This document shows, in pieces, positions 26,464-32,000 of a stretch of 32,000 nucleotides of DNA. Origin of the DNA: Candidatus Electronema halotolerans. GTDB taxonomy: Bacteria; Desulfobacterota; Desulfobulbia; Desulfobulbales; Desulfobulbaceae. The first letter of the stretch is position 1. Each line of letters starts with the position of its first letter. The DNA lies in NCBI GenBank assembly GCA_942493095.1, contig OW818675.1:2760001-2792000 (forward strand). Reading direction: 5' to 3'. Under the pieces are notes generated by a model. It had not been told where the DNA came from and did not search any database. It saw nothing but the letters and a program-made list of their open reading frames with translations. The position numbers were made by a program, and so were the translations under genes.

Positions 26464-26583
26464 GTCAGACGGGCCAAGGTTGGTGATCAGTTGGAGCTGC
26501 TGCGATGGCTGATCCAGAAATTTCCGAAGCAGGCTGAAGAATTGCTGGCCGCAGACAAATAACCTTTCTTCCTGACCACCGCT

Positions 26584-27360
26584 ATGAATTCCATTCTGCA
26601 AATACACAACCTGACCAAGTCCTTTGCCGACTTCACAGCTGTCAACAACATCAGCTTGGAGGTGGAAGCCGGGGAAATATTCGGCTTTCTTGGCCCGAAC
26701 GGAGCTGGCAAGACCACGACCATCAAGATTCTGACCGGCCTGCTCCAGCCGGACAGCGGTTCAGTGCTGATCAACGGCAAATCGCTGACCGAGCAGCCCT
26801 TGGCCTGCAAGCAGGACACCGGTTATGTCCCGGACCGGCCTTGGCTCTTTGAAAAGCTGACTGGCAACGAGTATCTGAAGTTCATTGCCAGCCTCTACCA
26901 GCTCCCGGAGAAGCGGTTCAACACGGCCAGCCAGCACTATCTGGAGCTGTTTGATCTCGGCAAATGGCAGGATCATCTGATTGAAAGCTACTCGCACGGC
27001 ATGCGCCAGAAGTTGATCATGACTTCGGTTTTCATGCTCAACCAGCCGCTGATGATCATTGACGAGCCAATGGTCGGCCTTGACCCCAAATCAGCCCGAA
27101 TCGTCAAGGAGCTGTTCAAACAGAAGGCGGAAGAGGGTACAGCCATCTTTCTCTCCACCCATTCGCTGGAAATCGCTGAGGAACTCTGTCACCATATCGC
27201 CATCATAACCAATGGAACCCTGCGGGTGGTCGGCACTATGGAGGAGCTGCACCGCCAAGCGGGCCGGAGCGATCAGGCAGTTGACTTGGAGGAAATTTTC
27301 TTGGAACTGACTGGTGCATGGGAAATGCAGCAGGTGATTGCCGCCCTCAAGGAAGATTGA
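26584..27360 (+). CDS. ABC transporter ATP-binding protein
   Basis: Walker A GFLGPNGAGKTTT, signature-like SYSHGMRQKL, Walker B PLMIIDEPMVGLDP, H-loop STHS. Confidence 0.93.
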   Translation: MNSILQIHNLTKSFADFTAVNNISLEVEAGEIFGFLGPNGAGKTTTIKILTGLLQPDSGSVLINGKSLTEQPLACKQDTGYVPDRPWLFEKLTGNEYLKFIASLYQLPEKRFNTASQHYLELFDLGKWQDHLIESYSHGMRQKLIMTSVFMLNQPLMIIDEPMVGLDPKSARIVKELFKQKAEEGTAIFLSTHSLEIAEELCHHIAIITNGTLRVVGTMEELHRQAGRSDQAVDLEEIFLELTGAWEMQQVIAALKED

Positions 27361-27366
27361 CCAGTC

Positions 27367-28200
27367 ATGGAGCGAAGGAATTTCATCCGCTTGGCTGTCT
27401 ATGGTCTTGCCGCCTTTGCCGGAACCTATACGGTGTTCATTGAGCCGCGCCTTGTTCAGGTCAACAGATACAAAATTCCGCTCAATGACCTGCCGCCTGC
27501 TTTTCATGGCTTCACCATCGCCCATCTGAGCGATCTGCATCTTGGCCTGCTCGTTTCCGCAGACTTTATCGAAGGCGTTGTGCGGCAGACTAATGCCCTG
27601 CGCCCGGATGTCATTGCCTGCACTGGCGATTATGTCCATGAACGGAACACAAAAGAAGAAATCGAGCAGGTCTGGCCGATTCTGTCAAAGCTGCGGGCCA
27701 AGCACGGCGTGTTCTCAGTCCTTGGCAATCATGATCATTGGGCGGATACGGAACGTTCTCTGTACTGGCTGGAACGGAGCGGCCAAAACCTCCGCCATCA
27801 ATGCAAGGCGATCACCAAAGGCAAAGAGCGGATTCTGATCGGCGGGGCTGGCGATCTTTGGCAGGACATGCTCAGAATTGATCACGTTTTCGCTGGATCA
27901 GATGAAAACGAATGCAAGATCCTTCTTTCGCACAACCCGGATTCGGTTGACACTGATTTCAAAACACCCCTGTCCTTGGTTTTGAGCGGCCATACGCACG
28001 GCGGGCAGGTGGTGCTGCCCTTTTTCGGCCCGCCAGTGCTGCCGGTGGATAACAAGAACTACAGCAGCGGCCTGATTGTCACGGATAAGACAAAACTCTT
28101 CATCAGCCGTGGCATTGGCTGGACCATATTTCCGGTGCGCTTCAACTGCCCTCCAGAAATCGCTCTGCTGGAGCTGATCAACCCGGGTTTGTCGGCATAA
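27367..28200 (+). CDS. Metallophosphoesterase (Tat/TM-like N-terminus)
   Basis: IAHLSDLHLG, CTGDYV, VLGNHDHW, LSHNPD and LSGHTHGGQV. N-terminus MERRNFIRLAVYGLAAFAG. Confidence 0.9.
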   Translation: MERRNFIRLAVYGLAAFAGTYTVFIEPRLVQVNRYKIPLNDLPPAFHGFTIAHLSDLHLGLLVSADFIEGVVRQTNALRPDVIACTGDYVHERNTKEEIEQVWPILSKLRAKHGVFSVLGNHDHWADTERSLYWLERSGQNLRHQCKAITKGKERILIGGAGDLWQDMLRIDHVFAGSDENECKILLSHNPDSVDTDFKTPLSLVLSGHTHGGQVVLPFFGPPVLPVDNKNYSSGLIVTDKTKLFISRGIGWTIFPVRFNCPPEIALLELINPGLSA

Positions 28201-28266
28201 TCGCTGATTTGCTCAGGATGCCTTCCGACCGCCTTTTTTCATTCTCTTGTCCAGTTTGAATCCACT

Positions 28267-29307
28267 GTGAAAACCGTAGAACCGAGCAATATTCTGATTC
28301 GTTCCACCAATTGGATCGGCGATGCAGTCATGACCACGCCTGCCCTGCGCACCATCCGCCGCAATTTTCCAGAGGCGCGGCTGACGTTGCTGGCCCTGCC
28401 TTGGGTGGCGGATGTCTTTGTCGCCTGTCCGCATCTTGACCGCATTATTCTCTATGACAGACAGGGGCGGCACCAAGGACTGCGCGGCAAGCTCCGCTTG
28501 GCAACGAAGCTGCGGGCTGAACAGTACGATGCGGCCATCCTGTTCCAAAATGCCTTTGAAGCTGCCCTGATCACCTTTTTAGCCCGCATCCCGATCCGGG
28601 CTGGCTACACCACCGACGGCAGAGGGCTGCTGCTCACGCATGGGGTGCGCAGGCATCCTGAGATCAAGAAAAAGCATCAAGTTCATTATTATCAGGAGAT
28701 GCTGGCAGGGCTGGGCTTGCAGCGGAGTGAGAATGCCTTGGAGCTGTTTCTTGCTCCGGCGGCGGAGCAGGATGCTGAGGTCATGCTGAGGCACTTGCGG
28801 CGCGACAGGAGCGGGCCGCTTGTGGGACTCAACCCCGGCGCAGCATACGGACCGGCCAAATGCTGGCCAAGCGCAAAATACGCTGCCTTGGCGGCAAAGC
28901 TGACTGCCGCTCTTGAGGCGCGAATTGTTGTTTTCGGCACAGCCGCCGACCAGAAGGCGGCAGCAGAGATTGCCGCTGCTGCCGGAAAACAGCGGGTGTT
29001 GGATTTGACCGGCAAAACAAGCCTGGCACAGGCTCTTGCCTGCATTGCCCGCTGTCAGCTCTTTGTGACCAATGATTCCGGTCTGATGCACGTTGCCGCC
29101 GCTCTGCGCATTCCCTCAGTGGCGATCTTCGGCTCCACTGATCCTGTTGTCACCGGCCCGTTTTTCGAGCAGGCCGCAGTGGTGCGCAAAGCTATGCCAT
29201 GCAGCCCCTGCCTGAAGACGCACTGTCCGCAGGGGCACTTTCAGTGCATGGAGCAAATCAGCGTCGAAGAAATTATATTTGAGTGTGTAGAAAAAATGCG
29301 CACGTGA
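28267..29307 (+). CDS. waaF: Lipopolysaccharide heptosyltransferase II (glycosyltransferase family 9)
   Basis: ILIRSTNWIGDAVMTTPALRTIRRNFPEA...GLNPGAAYGPAKCWP...FVTNDSGLMHVAAALRIPSVAIFGSTDPVVTGP. Confidence 0.88.
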   Translation: MKTVEPSNILIRSTNWIGDAVMTTPALRTIRRNFPEARLTLLALPWVADVFVACPHLDRIILYDRQGRHQGLRGKLRLATKLRAEQYDAAILFQNAFEAALITFLARIPIRAGYTTDGRGLLLTHGVRRHPEIKKKHQVHYYQEMLAGLGLQRSENALELFLAPAAEQDAEVMLRHLRRDRSGPLVGLNPGAAYGPAKCWPSAKYAALAAKLTAALEARIVVFGTAADQKAAAEIAAAAGKQRVLDLTGKTSLAQALACIARCQLFVTNDSGLMHVAAALRIPSVAIFGSTDPVVTGPFFEQAAVVRKAMPCSPCLKTHCPQGHFQCMEQISVEEIIFECVEKMRT

Positions 29308-29392
29308 GTAAAAAATGCCACTCATAGCCTGTCACCACGCTGTGGTTCTATGTTAATATGTTGAAAATATGAATATTTTATTCGTAATCATT

Positions 29393-29408
29393 TGGCATGT
29401 TTTTTGCT
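29393..29408 (+). promoter_or_regulatory. Sigma-54 (RpoN) -24/-12 promoter upstream of the STAS gene
   Basis: TGGCATGTTTTTTGCT, an exact match to TGGCAYRNNNNTTGCW with GG-N10-GC, in an AT-rich intergenic region. Confidence 0.65.
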
Positions 29409-29490
29409 TATTTTCTTGTAAAAACAAATACAAAAAATTTTACTTGAATCTCAAAATGGGATTTAGTATAAATAGATATGAAAATCATTA

Positions 29491-29526
29491 GGGAACCTCG
29501 AAAAATCGGTATTTTTCGAGGTTCCC
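29491..29526. repeat. Perfect 15-bp inverted repeat with 6-nt loop
   Basis: GGGAACCTCGAAAAA-TCGGTA-TTTTTCGAGGTTCCC (29491-29505 / 29512-29526). Confidence 0.9.
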
Positions 29527-29579
29527 ATTATCATCAACAACGATCACCTTCACGGTGAAGCAATAGAGGGGGCAGCATC

Positions 29580-29909
29580 ATGAAAATAGAGCAAATCAAC
29601 AACTGCACAGTAATTCACTGTGAAGAGACACGGCTGGATGCTTCCTGCGCTCCAGATTTCATCAAGGCTGTATGTAAAAAACTTGACGAATTAACGGATA
29701 CCGTCAAGGCCATTATTATTGATCTGAAGCAGGTTGAATTTGCCGACAGCAGCGGGCTTGGAGCCATTGTTGTGATTTTTCAAAAATTGCGGGCTAAACT
29801 TCTGCTCTGCGGCATTAGCGAGCAAGTGGAAAAACTTATCAAAGCAACTCGATTAGACAGCATTTTCAAATGGTATCAAGATATACCTTCGGCACTTCAA
29901 GCTGCCTGA
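29580..29909 (+). CDS. STAS-domain anti-sigma-factor antagonist-like protein
   Basis: AIIIDLKQVEFADSSGLGAIVVIFQKLRAK (conserved DSSGLG). SD-like GAGGGGG lies upstream of the ATG. Confidence 0.85.
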   Translation: MKIEQINNCTVIHCEETRLDASCAPDFIKAVCKKLDELTDTVKAIIIDLKQVEFADSSGLGAIVVIFQKLRAKLLLCGISEQVEKLIKATRLDSIFKWYQDIPSALQAA

Positions 29910-29930
29910 ATAAAAAGGCATCTTAGCTGT

Positions 29931-29972
29931 AAAGGCCATCTGTTCTTGCAGGAAGAACAGATGGCCTTTTTT
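29931..29972 (+). terminator. Intrinsic terminator after the STAS gene
   Basis: AAAGGCCATCTGTTCTT-GCAGG-AAGAACAGATGGCCTTT (17-bp perfect stem, 5-nt loop) running into a T-rich tract. Confidence 0.9.
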
Positions 29973-31371
29973 ATTTCTCTTTCCTTGACCGACATTCCTT
30001 CATATCCAACGGCGAACAGGCAGGACGACGGAATTCATTCTTCATGAGGATGTCAGCATAGCTTTTAGATTGTTGACTGCGGTAGAGCTTGCCATACATC
30101 TTATAAGCCAGAACCTCAAGCACGACTGCATTGGTGGTGCAGGTCGCCGTGCGTTCATAGCCGCCGTCTTTTTCCCGCCGTCCCTCAAACCAGCCCTTCT
30201 CAGGGTCATGCAGCGGACTGACAAGCTGCATCAGCCCATCTGTATAGGATGTTTTCCATAAAGCCCACATCCCAAAGGCTGCGGAATTGGCCACCAAGGC
30301 CAGATCAGGATGCAGCTCGCCTTCCGGGGTCAGCGTGTTCCACGCATAGCCGTCAGCAAAAATCGAGTTGTAGAGAAGATAAGGCGGCTTGCTGCGCCGG
30401 TAATTTGTCCGGGCCGTGAAAATTCGCTCGTACTGGTAGCGTTTTTCCTGCACTTTGTAGATGCGCCAAGCCAAATCTGCCAAGGCGGCATTGCTGCTGT
30501 AGGAATCAGGACTGAATTGGTCGTTCAAGGTGTCCCAGTTGAATTCCAAACCCAGCAAAAGATAAGGCAGGCTGACCAAGGGATCAGAGATGCCGGTCTT
30601 GCGGCTGTCTTCTTTGCTGGCAGGCAGGTCTATATCATAAATGCTGACGACCGGAGGCTCTTTCCGGTGTGACATAGGAAAGCCCCACGTTTTGTAGCCC
30701 ATGAGCGCATAGTCATAATAACCAAGCGGCTCTTTTGGGGATGCTGGCAGCGGATTTTTGCTGCTGTTGCGGTTTATTCCTGACAGTTCACCGCATTCAT
30801 TGATCACTTTGCAGAAATTCCAGCGCAAGATGGCCTTGTCAATATATTCACTGTACTGCGGGGCATAATCGCTGAGAATTTGCAGCCAGATCAGCAGACG
30901 GCCAATATCGACTGCCGACCAGCCATCATTGCTTTCCTGCTCTCCGTTCTTGGCATTATAAAACAGATTGGGCAGCTGGCCATAAGACAAGGGCATGTTG
31001 TTGAGGAATTCCAGCAACGGCGTGATGCGGTGATCAAATTCGTAGTTGTCAATCAGGCCGAGACGATGCGCCGACACAGTTGCCGCCACAGTATCAGCGA
31101 TATTCCATACATTGGCAGTGACGAAGCTGTCAACTCCATTCACCAGCCCTGTTTCAGCGTTATAATTATTGATAAAATACTGCCATGCAATTTTTGCCCA
31201 TTCCATCTCCTGCTCGGTCAGCTTGCCGTGCCGACCCTGCCAGAACATTTCTGAATCTGCCACCTCAGTCAGTCCTTTCTTTGTTTCACGCACGACAAGA
31301 CCGCAGCTTTGCAGAAAGAACAAAGCGGTGACTGCAATCAAGCTGAAGGAGAGAAAACGGGAGGACAGCAT
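29971..31371 (-). CDS. DUF3131-like putative lipoprotein (ORF open from GTG at 31374)
   Basis: Lipobox-like ALFFLQSCG. AWQYFINNYNAETGLVNGVDSFVTANVWNIADTVAATVSAHRLGLI...FDHRITPLLEFLNNMPLSYGQLPNLFYNAK. Confidence 0.75.
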   Translation of the reverse strand: MLSSRFLSFSLIAVTALFFLQSCGLVVRETKKGLTEVADSEMFWQGRHGKLTEQEMEWAKIAWQYFINNYNAETGLVNGVDSFVTANVWNIADTVAATVSAHRLGLIDNYEFDHRITPLLEFLNNMPLSYGQLPNLFYNAKNGEQESNDGWSAVDIGRLLIWLQILSDYAPQYSEYIDKAILRWNFCKVINECGELSGINRNSSKNPLPASPKEPLGYYDYALMGYKTWGFPMSHRKEPPVVSIYDIDLPASKEDSRKTGISDPLVSLPYLLLGLEFNWDTLNDQFSPDSYSSNAALADLAWRIYKVQEKRYQYERIFTARTNYRRSKPPYLLYNSIFADGYAWNTLTPEGELHPDLALVANSAAFGMWALWKTSYTDGLMQLVSPLHDPEKGWFEGRREKDGGYERTATCTTNAVVLEVLAYKMYGKLYRSQQSKSYADILMKNEFRRPACSPLDMKECRSRKEK

Positions 31372-32000
31372 CACGTATGCTCACGCAGGCATTGAGCGCG
31401 ATCGCGGGCCTCCGGCGGGCACTCGTCCATGGTTTTGTCCCAGCGGGACGGCTGCGGCGACTGATTGAAGCGCAGTATTTTGCCCTGCGCTTTATAGAGC
31501 AGGCATTCTAAAATGATGCCATTATTGTTGGCAGTGAAGATATTGATGTTGCCCGATCCATTTTCATACAGCCCCTCATAAAAACCTTTTTCAGGATCAT
31601 ACAGATGGCCGACCGCATCAAGCAGCGTCTGCGAGTAGGGCATGTCCCAGACAGCCCAAATGCCGAATGCACCCTTCAGTGCCACGGCAGCGAACTGCGG
31701 CATGAGCTTTCCATCAGGGTCCATAGTGTTCCAAGGGTACCCATCGCTATAAATGGTGTCATAGACAAAGTACGGGGGCTGATCAAGCTGATGCTCGGTG
31801 CGGGCGGTGAGAATGCCGGTGTCCTTGTAACGTGCCTCCTGCACAGCAAAAATCCGCTTGGCAAAGTTTGCCAAGACCTGATCGGTGTGAACTTCTTGAG
31901 AGCTGCTGCGGTCAGATGACAAATCCCAACCCAGTTCAATGGCATCAAGCACATAACTTTCTGTGACGACATAATTATGAGCCACCAAGGTGCGCGGGTC
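31371..32000 (-). CDS. Second DUF3131-like protein, C-terminal part (runs off the right edge)
   Basis: PPYFVYDTIYSDGYPWNTMDPDGKLMPQFAAVALKGAFGIWAVW parallels PPYLLYNSIFADGYAWNTLTPEGELHPDLALVANSAAFGMWALW in the neighbour. Stop/start overlap at 31371-31374. The ORF continues upstream of the track Met. Confidence 0.7.
   Translation of the reverse strand, partial: DPRTLVAHNYVVTESYVLDAIELGWDLSSDRSSSQEVHTDQVLANFAKRIFAVQEARYKDTGILTARTEHQLDQPPYFVYDTIYSDGYPWNTMDPDGKLMPQFAAVALKGAFGIWAVWDMPYSQTLLDAVGHLYDPEKGFYEGLYENGSGNINIFTANNNGIILECLLYKAQGKILRFNQSPQPSRWDKTMDECPPEARDRAQCLREHT

Noticed and set aside
27091-27639. 182-aa - strand ORF
   Set aside because: Antisense to the ABC ATPase and metallophosphoesterase; no motif.

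Overview
This 32 kb window looks like a chromosomal segment from a Gram-negative, probably nitrogen-fixing bacterium. It is mostly housekeeping and envelope genes, with two restriction-modification (RM) insertions. From left to right it contains: a partial MASE3-type sensor histidine kinase (-); a large AAA+ ATPase (-); pal (+); a DUF6155-like protein (+) with an intrinsic terminator; a tightly packed minus-strand run of tatC, a molybdopterin oxidoreductase and a sugar transferase; a ~5 kb accessory block between tatC and tatB; tatB; a Cu/Zn-type permease; a 1641-aa AsmA/DUF748-like protein with internal repeats; nifB; aroE; a second RM pair (m5C methylase + HNH nuclease); an ABC ATPase; a metallophosphoesterase; waaF; a STAS protein; and a tandem pair of DUF3131-like genes. 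The main observations are: (1) tatB and tatC are split by a co-directional cassette of small membrane protein, PD-(D/E)XK-like nuclease, m6A methylase and Fic; (2) a 1371-bp IS with 14-bp perfect terminal inverted repeats and a 5-bp target duplication (GGAAA) has split fic, and removing it in silico restores an in-frame ATG-initiated N-terminus; (3) a consensus sigma-54 -24/-12 element plus a TGT-N10-ACA NifA-type site lie upstream of nifB; (4) a consensus sigma-54 element and a perfect 15-bp hairpin lie upstream of the STAS gene. No CRISPR array, tRNA or rRNA was recognised. All family assignments come from reading motifs, not from database searches.
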